DNA from: Gemmatimonadota bacterium
GTDB taxonomy: Bacteria; Gemmatimonadota; Gemmatimonadetes; Gemmatimonadales; GWC2-71-9
Length of the DNA: 38,391 nt
Direction: 5' to 3'
NCBI GenBank assembly: GCA_039932015.1
Contig: JBDTQV010000001.1
Coordinates: forward strand, 1 to 38,391
Position numbers and translations under genes: made by a program. Shown here one piece after another: positions 30,601 through 38,329 of this stretch. The notes under the pieces were generated by a model. That model saw only the letters and a list, made by a program, of their open reading frames with translations. It had not been told where the DNA came from and did not search any database. The stretch's first letter is position 1; the number at the start of each line of letters is the position of its first letter.

Positions 30601-31635
30601 GCGTTTACGCGCATGGCGGACGACATCAACCGGAGCCGCGCGGCGCTCGAGGAGGCGCGGCGCCGGACGGCGACTGTGCTCGCGACGGTGGCCACCGGCG
30701 TCGTGGGCCTCGATACGGCGGCACGCGTGCTGATCGCCAATCGCCAGGCGGTAGACCTGCTAGGCGTGCCGCTCGAGGAAGGCGCCTCGTTTGGGGAGGC
30801 GGTAGGGACGGAGTGGGATTTGCTCACGCGCGCGGTTCGCGAGTTCCTGGCCGATCCGGTTCATGCGGATGCCGCCGCTGAGCTGACGGTGGGTGGTCGC
30901 CGGCTCGCGTTGCACCTGGCGCCACTCGGTCCCGACGTCAGCGGCGTAGTGCTCGCGCTCAATGACGTCACCGATATCTCGCGAGCGGAGCGCGTGCTCG
31001 CGTGGGGCGAAATGGCCCGGCAGGTGGCCCACGAGATCAAGAACCCGCTCACCCCTGTGCGCCTCGGGATCCAGCACCTGCAGCGCGCGCACCGTGACGG
31101 GCGGCCGGACTTCGATCGCACGCTGGACGAGACGTCCCGGCGGATTCTGACGGAGATCGACCGGCTGGACACGATCGCCCGCGCCTTCAGCCGCTTCGCC
31201 GCGCCGACTGACGAAACCCTGCCGCTCGAGCGAATCGATCTCGCCGCGGTCGCAACCGAAGTGGTGCAGCTGTACCGGCTCGCCGGTGAAGGCGCGGACG
31301 TGGTGCTCGACGCACCGGATCACACGTGGGCGCCGGCCCGCCGGGATGAGCTGAAAGAGGTGCTGGTGAACCTGTTGGAGAACGCGCGGAATGCTGGCGC
31401 AAGTACGATCACGCTCCGCATTGCGAGCGGTTCGTTGATCGTGACAGACAACGGGCAGGGGATTCCGCCAGAACTGCTCCCGCGAATCTTCGAGCCAAGA
31501 TTCTCGACTACGACGAGCGGCTCGGGGCTTGGGCTCCCGATCGTGCGGCGCCTCGTGGAAAGCTGGGGCGGAAGTGTGGCGGTAGACAGCGTCGAAGGCG
31601 AGGGAACGACCGTAACGATCCGATTGACCACTTAG
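27667..31635 (+). CDS. Very large polytopic sensor histidine kinase (NtrY-like HAMP-PAS-HisKA-HATPase_c output module)
   Basis: The H-box HEIKNPLTPVRLGIQHL has its His codon at 31030-31032. The N-box is LVNLLENARNA, and the G-boxes are DNGQGI and SGSGLGLPIV. More than 12 predicted TM helices lie upstream. The start is uncertain (TTG 27640, GTG 27667 or GTG 27673). The ORF-track start at 27424 lies antisense inside the creatininase gene and is rejected. Confidence 0.85.
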   Translation: MAVAAVVGTAAEWLRAPSPFGAALVIVACAAVAALVWPLKSWRRGVTIAVLVVLAGSVGVVQRRLTLIERDWPAQLGQRIDAAAARLGGDLHAAFHLAERLAAAGATAASSDAASAFRSLAAAVPSTGVESGVVVLDPSGAPWAWAGRQRLEPLVTGDSLAARSTGYYLVLETRRHSANGRVAVASVLIWAHAAVADRSRSLAEVYRRRTEVGLEVYAAGAAPDSADVFDYSEPTTGGDRILFSTRPLPPRQAEAREAAFSRGARVVAWALLALLLLAFVIGSSASIRLALLPVGVWLALRAPFGSALGIRTAFSAATYFLQSLGPLSSSAAAVALSGAVGAVLAIALWRRPARWSGAASAVAFLLIGAVPLLVGMLARGITPPVGGVSFGLWLSWQLALMLPAATLALAAVAVSGARRPSSSSWWPSALASLAAIACATAALSLWQPALGLPRWYPLLWLGPLLLTLLPAPRWATLGAVAIVTGTLAAVLTWTSETNGRLEIASRDVSRLGEEPDPFAIPLLEGFDLDSGSAPSPSEQAGMYALWRRSSLWSERYPARLALWNAAGAPLAELPLDRLSVPDSVVATMVRALPAGTARSVERVPGVPGVHYLMVARLDSARVLSVLIGPRSSLVEPSRLGRLLHPVSRSSMLYRLALAPPAIEPPAIEGRWRWRREAWTARAERNLRLPGGDRQVRAVVDLRGPVPLLVRGALVTALDIAVLTLLWIVAELAAAGLARRPRLRRQLRAFRIQLAAALAGFFILPTVAFAAWTYTHFRDEASSGRDLLIAQSLRDPALSATALQTGGGMANESVLRMLSERINADLALYRGGAFVSTSAPILRDLGVVGPLMDPVAYRALALGGELEITREGTIPSLAERVGYRVVQPGPPEELGILVTPQVAEFEGLNQPLKQVDVALVLLLATLAGMGAAVGGAGVAARALSRPVADLRRSALALGQGLALPDDIAAPLLEFEPVFGAFTRMADDINRSRAALEEARRRTATVLATVATGVVGLDTAARVLIANRQAVDLLGVPLEEGASFGEAVGTEWDLLTRAVREFLADPVHADAAAELTVGGRRLALHLAPLGPDVSGVVLALNDVTDISRAERVLAWGEMARQVAHEIKNPLTPVRLGIQHLQRAHRDGRPDFDRTLDETSRRILTEIDRLDTIARAFSRFAAPTDETLPLERIDLAAVATEVVQLYRLAGEGADVVLDAPDHTWAPARRDELKEVLVNLLENARNAGASTITLRIASGSLIVTDNGQGIPPELLPRIFEPRFSTTTSGSGLGLPIVRRLVESWGGSVAVDSVEGEGTTVTIRLTT

Positions 31636-31639
31636 CGGC

Positions 31640-33199
31640 TCAGTGGACGCTCGCCGCCTCCATTGCGGCTGCGAGGAGCCCGGCCGGCGTGCGCGCCTGG
31701 CGGAGGAGTGACGTGGCCGCCTGGACCTGCCGATCGTCGTCGAGCCGGCTGCGCATCTCGGCGGCATCGCCCCAGCCCTGACGAACAATCTCGCGCTCCA
31801 GCGTGCGACGAATGTCGTCCGCGCCCGCGTCGAACACCTCACGCGTCACCGGCACGTCCCGCTCCACCAGCATTTCCCAGAACGCGTTCCGCATCGCTTC
31901 AGTAACCCGGACATCGGTGTTGCGTACCTCGCGGCGCTCGAGCAGGTCCGCAGCGAAGGCGCCCACGACGGCACGGTATGGGCCGCCCCACCGTCGCAGC
32001 TGCTGATCGAGCGCCACGCCACCGGCTCCGGGCCTCCCGATTCGTACGAGTACATCCGGACTGACACCGTACCCGGCGCGAAGCGGGCGTCCGCCGCTCG
32101 AGCGGTACACCGGCTGCGAGAGCGTTTCCTGCAGGCTGTCCGCCGGACGGCGCTGGATGCTCCGGCCGCTCGGTGCGAACCACCGTGCCGTCGTGAACTT
32201 CACCGCGACCCCATTGGCGAGCGGATAGGTCGTCTGGATGACGCCCTTGCCGTAGGTCGGTGTGCCGATCACCGTAGCACGATCATGGTCCTGCAGCGCG
32301 GCCGCGATGACCTCGGCCGAGCTCGCCGTCTGGCGATTCACCAGCAGCACCACCGGCATTCCCGCCCAGGGCTGCGCGTTCTTCGCGACGTGCACCCGAT
32401 CCGTGCCGGCGCGGCCGCGTGCGAATGCGATCGTGTCGCCGGTATCGAGAAACAGCTCGGCGATCTGAACTCCCTGACCGATCAAACCGCCGGGGTTGCG
32501 CCGCAGGTCGAGGACAAGAGAGCGCATGCCCCGGGCGCGCAGCCGCTCGATCTCCATCCGAAGCTCTCGGGGCGAGGTTTGCGTCACCGAGCGAAGCGCC
32601 ACATACCCCGCGCCGCCGCCGAGCATCACGCCGGGGGAAACCGCGGACACGTGCACCGCCTCCCGCGCGACGCGCCGAGTCACCGGCGCGTTCGCGCCGC
32701 GCGGACGGACCAGTAACGTGACGATGGTCGAGGTGTCGGCCGCGAACAGGCGAGCTGCATCGGCGTCGGAGAGTCCGCGGATCGAGCGGCCGTCTACGGC
32801 CAACACCTCATCACCGGGGCGGACGGCGCCTCGGTCACGCGACAGGTCGAACCCGTCGTAGGGAAGCGACGCACCGTCGGTGGGACCCGCCGGCAGCCGC
32901 AGATCGATCTGAGTGCCGGACATCTGGAAGTTGAAGCGGCGATACGCGTCGGCCAGCATCAGCTCTGCATACGGGTCGTGCAGCGACTTGACGAGTGCCG
33001 CGGCGGCGCGCTGGTAGAGCGTGTCGGTGGGGATGGAGTCGACGTAGTTCTCGCGAATGGTGCGGACTGCGCGCGCCAATCTGCGCGCCTCGGCGGTGGG
33101 GTACGGACGCGAGCGGGCCGCCGCCAGCCGCGACAGCGCACCACCCGCCCCGAATGATGCGGCGGCAATGAGCGCGAGCGGGAGCCAGCGGGCGCGCAT
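31640..33199 (-). CDS. S41 family C-terminal processing peptidase (Ctp/Prc-like) with a PDZ domain
   Basis: An N-terminal anchor or signal (WLPLALIAAASFGAGGA) is followed by a PDZ-like segment (GDEVLAVDGRSIRGL). The catalytic Ser region is VNRQTASSAEVIAAAL and the Lys region is TYGKGVIQ. Confidence 0.85.
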   Translation of the reverse strand: MRARWLPLALIAAASFGAGGALSRLAAARSRPYPTAEARRLARAVRTIRENYVDSIPTDTLYQRAAAALVKSLHDPYAELMLADAYRRFNFQMSGTQIDLRLPAGPTDGASLPYDGFDLSRDRGAVRPGDEVLAVDGRSIRGLSDADAARLFAADTSTIVTLLVRPRGANAPVTRRVAREAVHVSAVSPGVMLGGGAGYVALRSVTQTSPRELRMEIERLRARGMRSLVLDLRRNPGGLIGQGVQIAELFLDTGDTIAFARGRAGTDRVHVAKNAQPWAGMPVVLLVNRQTASSAEVIAAALQDHDRATVIGTPTYGKGVIQTTYPLANGVAVKFTTARWFAPSGRSIQRRPADSLQETLSQPVYRSSGGRPLRAGYGVSPDVLVRIGRPGAGGVALDQQLRRWGGPYRAVVGAFAADLLERREVRNTDVRVTEAMRNAFWEMLVERDVPVTREVFDAGADDIRRTLEREIVRQGWGDAAEMRSRLDDDRQVQAATSLLRQARTPAGLLAAAMEAASVH

Positions 33200-33204
33200 C
33201 GCCG

Positions 33205-35037
33205 TTAGGCGGCCTCCCCGGCCGCAACGTGCACTCCGTGGTGTTCCATGATGCGGATTGCTTCCGCACCGTCGATCGTTTCGTGCACCAGCAGCGCCTC
33301 ACCCAGCGCTTCGAGGGCCGGGCGGTGCTTCGTCATGGTATCGACGGCGCGGATGTAGAGCGCGTCGATGATCGCGCGCACTTCGCGGTCCATAGCCGCG
33401 TGCAATTCGCCGCTCACCGGCCCGCTCGAGCTGTCATAGATCATCAGCCCCGTCGAGATGCCCATGCCAAGGTTGTACACCATTTCCTTGGCGATGCGCG
33501 TGACGTGCTGAAGGTCGCTGCGCGCGCCGCTCGTGATCGCATCCGGTCCGAACATCACTTGCTCGGCGGCACGGCCACCCAGTCCCTTGAGGATCTGACC
33601 TTCGAGGTAACGGCGCGAGTGCAGGTGCTGGTCGCTGTCCGGCGAGAAGAACGCGACGCCCATCGCCTGGCCGCGCGGCTGGATGGTCACCTTGTGCAGG
33701 CCGTCTTCCGGACACCACGCCACGCCGGCGAGGGCGTGACCCGCCTCGTGCATCGCGACGATGCGCCACTCGCGGTCGGAGGCGCGGAAGCCACTCCGCT
33801 CCTTGCCGAGGAGCAGCCGGTCGCGCGCGGACTCGATGTGACTCCACTCGACCTCGTCCGTCCCGTTCCGCGCCGCGACGATCGCCGCTTCGTTCAGCAG
33901 GTTGGCCAGGTCGGCACCACTGGTCTGCGGCATCAGCCGTGCGAGCCGGCCGAGGTCGACGCCGGTTTCGAGCGGCACGTGGCGCTGCGCGGCGTGCAAC
34001 CGGAGAATCGCCTCACGCTCGGTCGCGCTCGGAAGGCTCACTGCCACCGAGCGGTCAAAACGACCGGGCCGCATGAGTGCCGGGTCGAGATCCTCCGCGC
34101 GATTGGTCGCTGCAATGACGACCACGCCATCGCTGGCGGAGAAGCCGTCCATCTCGATCAGGAGCTGGTTGAGTGTGCGGTCGTCTTCGTTGTGCGACTG
34201 GTTCCGGCCGCGCCTGCCGCCCAGCGCATCGATTTCGTCGATGAAGATCACGCCGCCGCGCTTCCGCGCCTTCTTGAACAGGTTCTTGAGCCGCATCACG
34301 CCAAGCCCGACGATGAAGCCGGTCACTTCCGAGCCTGAGATGCTCCAGAAGGGCACGCCCGCCTCGCCGGCTACGGCGCGCGCCATGAGCGTCTTTCCGG
34401 TTCCCGGCGGCCCGAACATGATCACGCCCTTCGGCGTCCGGGCTCCAACGCGGGCGAACTTCTCCGGCGAGCGCAGGAATTCAACGATCTCGCGCAGTTC
34501 CATCACTGCGCCATCGTTGCCCGCGACGTTCGCAAAACTGGTCGCCGAGTCGGCCGTCTTGCCGAGGTCGGTGCCGCCGCCCTGTCCACCGGTCATCTGA
34601 CGCCGCACCATTATCCCTACCGCCATCAGCAGGGCGATAGTGATCGCGACATTCATGTAATCGAGTCCGCCGCTCACCGGGGGCCGGAACGTGATGTCGA
34701 CGCCCGCCGCCTCTGCGCGGTGTACCAGACCTTCGACATCGGTGGCCGAATACACCACGCGGAACGGGCGCGCACCGGACGCGGCCGCCGTCCACCAGCC
34801 GAGGATCTCACTGCCGGGCACGATGGCGATCGAGTCGACCCGCCCCTGCTGCATCGCGCTGAGCATGGCGGAGTAGGTCAGCGTCGCCGGGACCGGTCGG
34901 CGCGGCGCGTGATAGAGGCCGAAGGCGGTCGCCGCGGCGATGATCGCGGTCAGTGCAACGCCTGCCGCAGCCCAGCGGAGGCGGCGCGAGCGCGGCGAGG
35001 TGGAGGGGACGGGCGACTGCGAGTCGGGGAGCTGCAT
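33205..35037 (-). CDS. ftsH: ATP-dependent zinc metalloprotease FtsH, divergent paralog
   Basis: Two TM helices flank a domain of about 85 aa. Walker A is GPPGTGKT, Walker B is VIFIDEIDAL and the SRH is ATNRAEDLDPALMRPGRFDR. The M41 zinc site is HEAGHAL followed by GRAAEQVMFG. The pore-loop region reads GFIVGLG instead of the canonical MFVGVG. Confidence 0.9.
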   Translation of the reverse strand: MQLPDSQSPVPSTSPRSRRLRWAAAGVALTAIIAAATAFGLYHAPRRPVPATLTYSAMLSAMQQGRVDSIAIVPGSEILGWWTAAASGARPFRVVYSATDVEGLVHRAEAAGVDITFRPPVSGGLDYMNVAITIALLMAVGIMVRRQMTGGQGGGTDLGKTADSATSFANVAGNDGAVMELREIVEFLRSPEKFARVGARTPKGVIMFGPPGTGKTLMARAVAGEAGVPFWSISGSEVTGFIVGLGVMRLKNLFKKARKRGGVIFIDEIDALGGRRGRNQSHNEDDRTLNQLLIEMDGFSASDGVVVIAATNRAEDLDPALMRPGRFDRSVAVSLPSATEREAILRLHAAQRHVPLETGVDLGRLARLMPQTSGADLANLLNEAAIVAARNGTDEVEWSHIESARDRLLLGKERSGFRASDREWRIVAMHEAGHALAGVAWCPEDGLHKVTIQPRGQAMGVAFFSPDSDQHLHSRRYLEGQILKGLGGRAAEQVMFGPDAITSGARSDLQHVTRIAKEMVYNLGMGISTGLMIYDSSSGPVSGELHAAMDREVRAIIDALYIRAVDTMTKHRPALEALGEALLVHETIDGAEAIRIMEHHGVHVAAGEAA

Positions 35038-36134
35038 CAGTACTGTTCCGAAGTCGAGGATAGAGCCAGGGTATGCGGCGCGAGCAGAACGCTCGCGAGC
35101 GGGTGACGGCGATAGGGTGACTCGGCAACGAGCCGCCGGGCCATGACGTGGGTTCCGGGCACGAGCCGCTCGTAGGCGTCGAGCAATTCGAGCGCGTCCG
35201 AGGACGGCACATCAGGTGACGCCGTCGTCTGCAGGTAATGCACCGCGAACGCCACCGCCTCGGCCTGATGTTCGTCGGTGTTGCGATAGCCGTAGCGGAG
35301 CGAGTCGCGGATGGGCGGGACGCCGCGCCAGAGCTCGGCCACTTCGTCCGGCTCGGCGCGCTGCCAGCGATGCGCCAGCTCGTGGGCCAGGGCATGGCGA
35401 AGCTGCGCACCGCTGATCATCCGGGCCGGTGCAAGCGAGATGGAGTCGCGCGAGGTGATGAATTCGCCCAGGCGCCCGGCGCGGCGGCCGCGGTCGCCCA
35501 CCAGTCCGAGCGGGCGGGCGGGCGTGCCGAACAGGCGAAACAGGGAATCCGCGTACGTCGTTGCAACGAGATCCCGGAGCACGGTCAGCTGGGCCGTCGT
35601 ATCGCGCGGGTCAGCGAGCGCTGACGGCGCCGTGGTCCAGGGCGCGCCCAAGCTATCCAGCTGGGCACGATCAGCGAGAATATCCCGCAAGAGACCTGGG
35701 GACGCGGTCTCGAGCACGGCCCCATCGAGATGGAATACGAAGAGCGTGTCCGGACCGGCAGCCGCGACGTCGAGCAGGTCGACGGCGGATTCGCGGGAAG
35801 TGTGTTCGCCAGAGCCCGTGCGCCGGTATAACGGATACGCGACCGGTGCAGTGCCGTTCAGCGGATGGAAGACGAGTGAGCCGTCGGTGACCGACAACGC
35901 GCCCGGGACTGGCGGGAGCCCGCCAATCGAGAGCAGCCCCTGCTGGGAGCCGGCTGAGCGCCATCCGATGTTGAACTTGGTGCCGAGCGAGTCGGGGAGG
36001 AATGCGGGCGCAACGCTGCCCGGTGCTGCGGCATCACGAGCGGCGCGATATCCCGCTGGCCTGGGGCCGGTTAAGCGAGCGGATCCGGGCAGACCGGCCA
36101 GCGCGACGCAGAGACAACCGGCGAGTCGGCGCAT
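35037..36134 (-). CDS. Secreted hypothetical protein with an HExxH motif (putative gluzincin-type metalloprotease)
   Basis: The N-terminus is hydrophobic and signal-like (MRRLAGCLCVALAGLPGSA). HELAH is encoded at 35370-35384, with a downstream DEHQAE that could supply the third zinc ligand. Its stop overlaps the ftsH start by 1 nt (TGATG). Confidence 0.6.
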   Translation of the reverse strand: MRRLAGCLCVALAGLPGSARLTGPRPAGYRAARDAAAPGSVAPAFLPDSLGTKFNIGWRSAGSQQGLLSIGGLPPVPGALSVTDGSLVFHPLNGTAPVAYPLYRRTGSGEHTSRESAVDLLDVAAAGPDTLFVFHLDGAVLETASPGLLRDILADRAQLDSLGAPWTTAPSALADPRDTTAQLTVLRDLVATTYADSLFRLFGTPARPLGLVGDRGRRAGRLGEFITSRDSISLAPARMISGAQLRHALAHELAHRWQRAEPDEVAELWRGVPPIRDSLRYGYRNTDEHQAEAVAFAVHYLQTTASPDVPSSDALELLDAYERLVPGTHVMARRLVAESPYRRHPLASVLLAPHTLALSSTSEQY

Positions 36135-36149
36135 GGTCGGCGAGCGGCG

Positions 36150-36359
36150 TCAGCGGGTGGCGGAGACCTGGTACGGGGCGCCCGCGTCCGCAACGATCGC
36201 GGCGGAGTCGGGGCCATCGAACCAGGTGAGGTCGACGAGATGAACCGTGAGCGTGGCGATCATTACCAGCAGTGTGGCCATCACCGCGCGCGGCCAGGCG
36301 GCATTGGCCGTGTGGCGGGGCTCGGCCTGCGCGAGCGAAAGGGCGTCGTTCGAGATCAT
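36150..36359 (-). CDS. Small single-pass membrane protein (69 aa), first gene of the protease operon
   Basis: It has one central TM helix (AVMATLLVMIATLTVHLV). It ends 15 nt upstream of the HExxH gene on the same strand. The SD is weak and there is no recognisable domain, so the coding status is tentative. Confidence 0.35.
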   Translation of the reverse strand: MISNDALSLAQAEPRHTANAAWPRAVMATLLVMIATLTVHLVDLTWFDGPDSAAIVADAGAPYQVSATR

Positions 36360-36490
36360 ACCTGGCTGCCGGTTACGAGTCTGGCAATGCGGGGGCGGTG
36401 CGGCCTGCGTGTCGATTTTCTAGACAGCTAGGTTCGCGCATTCGGAGATTCGCATAATCCGGGCCGTGCCGACCCGGCCCGCGAAACGTA

Positions 36491-36537
36491 TTGACACCTA
36501 ATGGTTTATAAGATACAAGACTGCGAATTTCGGTCAA
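36491..36537. promoter_or_regulatory. Overlapping divergent sigma70-like promoter candidates in the only AT-rich patch of the window
   Basis: On the plus strand, TTGACA (36491-36496) is followed by a 17-nt spacer and TACAAG (36514-36519), pointing at comM. On the minus strand, TTGACC (complement of 36532-36537) is followed by a 16-nt spacer and TATCTT (complement of 36510-36515), pointing at the protease operon. This is hexamer matching only. Confidence 0.3.
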
Positions 36538-36704
36538 CATCACTCATCCGGGTCGCGCAAACCGCCCAAATTGAGCAAAAAGTAGCCATTCGTTGAGCGC
36601 TCTTTTTTCAGCCCAACGCGTGTAATTGCACCGGGATGCGCGCCGACGACTGCAGTCCGACTGATCTCTCTCCCACGTTGAGCGTTCCCTGGTGAGGAGA
36701 CTCG

Positions 36705-38261
36705 ATGCTTGCCCGCGTCCGTTCGGCTGCCGTACTGGGAGTCGATGCCTATCTGATCGACGTGGAAGTGGACATCGCGAACGGGCTCCCGTCGTTCTCG
36801 ACGGTCGGGCTGCCGGCGGGCGCTGTACGAGAGGGGAGGGAGCGGGTCGGCGCTGCGCTCGTGAACGCGGGGTACGAAATGCCGCTCAAGCGCATCACGG
36901 TCAATCTCGCGCCGGCTGACATTAGAAAAGAAGGGTCTGCGCTCGACCTCCCGATCGCGCTCGCGATTCTTGTCGCGAGCGGGCAGCTCCCCGCGGATGC
37001 GATTGACCGGCAGGTTGCGGTGGGAGAAGTAGGACTCGAAGGCGATCTGCGGCCCGTGCGGGGTGTGCTGTCGATGGCGCTCGCTGCCCGCGGCGCGGGG
37101 TGCGCAGGGATACTCGTGCCCGCGGCGAACGCCGCCGAGGCGGCTGTCGTCGACGCCATCGAGGTACGCGGAGCGGGCAGCTTGCAGGCGGTCTGCGCGC
37201 ACCTCGCGGGTAAGGCGCCGCTCGCTCGGGTGAGGATCGATCCGCACACGTTGATGAATCAGCGGCCGGACGATTTTGTCGATTTCGCGGATGTAAGGAG
37301 CCAGGCGGCCGCGAAGCGTGCGCTCGAGGTCGCGGCGGCCGGGTCACACAACCTGCTGCTGGTTGGGCCCCCAGGAGCGGGAAAGACGATGCTCGCGCGG
37401 CGCCTGCCGTCGATCCTCCCGGCGATGACGCTCGACGAGGCGCTCGAGACGACCAAAGTCCACAGTGTGGCAGGCGTCCTCGGAGCGGGGCAGGCGCTTA
37501 CGACCACCAGGCCATTCCGCGCGCCGCATCACTCGATCAGCGACGCCGGGCTGATCGGCGGCGGCACGTGGCCGCGGCCGGGCGAGGTGAGCCTGGCCCA
37601 CGGCGGCGTGCTCTTTCTCGACGAGCTGCCCGAGTTTCGGAAGCACGTGCTCGAGGTGCTGCGGCAACCGATGGAGGATGGGTTCGTGACGCTCAGCCGG
37701 GCGGCGATGAGCCTGACCTTTCCTGCGCGATTCATGCTGGCGGCGGCAATGAATCCGTGTCCGTGCGGCCATCATGGCGATCCGATCCGCGAGTGCCGTT
37801 GCGACGCCCCGACCGTCGAGCGCTACCTCGCGCGGCTGTCCGGGCCGCTGCTCGATCGCATCGATCTGCATCTGCAGGTGCCCGCCGTTCCGTTCCGCGA
37901 GCTCTCGGCCGAGCGACACGGGGAGTCGAGCGCGACGATTCGCGCGCGTGTCTCTGCGGCACGATCGATTCAGCAGGCGCGTTTCCGCGGCCGCACCGGG
38001 ATCCACGCGAACGCGCATATGTCACCGCGGGACCTGCGCCAGTTTTGCCGGCTCTCGCCCGACGCCGAGCAGCTGCTTCGCAATGCGGTACAGCGGCTCG
38101 GGCTCTCGGCGCGAGCGTATCATCGCGTCCTTAAAATCGCGCGGACGATCGCGGATCTCGCGGGCGTGCCGACGATCGAGCCGGTGCACGTCGGCGAGGC
38201 GGTGCAGTACCGCACACTCGATCGCCGGGGGGTGCCGGTGCCGGGCGCGCGGGGTCCGTGA
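36705..38261 (+). CDS. comM: YifB/ComM family Mg-chelatase-like AAA+ ATPase
   Basis: The N-terminal Lon-protease-like domain reads VEVDIANGLPSFSTVGLPAGAVREGRERV...DLPIALAIL. Walker A is GPPGAGKTM, Walker B is VLFLDELPEF, and a Cys cluster (CPCGHHGDPIRECRC) is present. GAGGAG lies 5 nt before the ATG. Confidence 0.9.
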   Translation: MLARVRSAAVLGVDAYLIDVEVDIANGLPSFSTVGLPAGAVREGRERVGAALVNAGYEMPLKRITVNLAPADIRKEGSALDLPIALAILVASGQLPADAIDRQVAVGEVGLEGDLRPVRGVLSMALAARGAGCAGILVPAANAAEAAVVDAIEVRGAGSLQAVCAHLAGKAPLARVRIDPHTLMNQRPDDFVDFADVRSQAAAKRALEVAAAGSHNLLLVGPPGAGKTMLARRLPSILPAMTLDEALETTKVHSVAGVLGAGQALTTTRPFRAPHHSISDAGLIGGGTWPRPGEVSLAHGGVLFLDELPEFRKHVLEVLRQPMEDGFVTLSRAAMSLTFPARFMLAAAMNPCPCGHHGDPIRECRCDAPTVERYLARLSGPLLDRIDLHLQVPAVPFRELSAERHGESSATIRARVSAARSIQQARFRGRTGIHANAHMSPRDLRQFCRLSPDAEQLLRNAVQRLGLSARAYHRVLKIARTIADLAGVPTIEPVHVGEAVQYRTLDRRGVPVPGARGP

Positions 38262-38329
38262 CGCTCGGCGGCTGGCTCCGCGGCTGGTAGCGTCTGTAAA
38301 GTGCCGGCAGCACGGCCCCTGCGGCGATC

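Noticed and set aside
36501-36596. 31-codon ORF (MVYKIQDCEFRSTSLIRVAQTAQIEQKVAIR) inside the AT-rich intergenic region
   Set aside because: - It starts only 5 nt after the candidate -35 hexamer and has no SD.
- Its codon usage is unlike every confident gene in the window.
- It is more likely chance in AT-rich DNA. It is kept in mind only as part of the intergenic-region finding.
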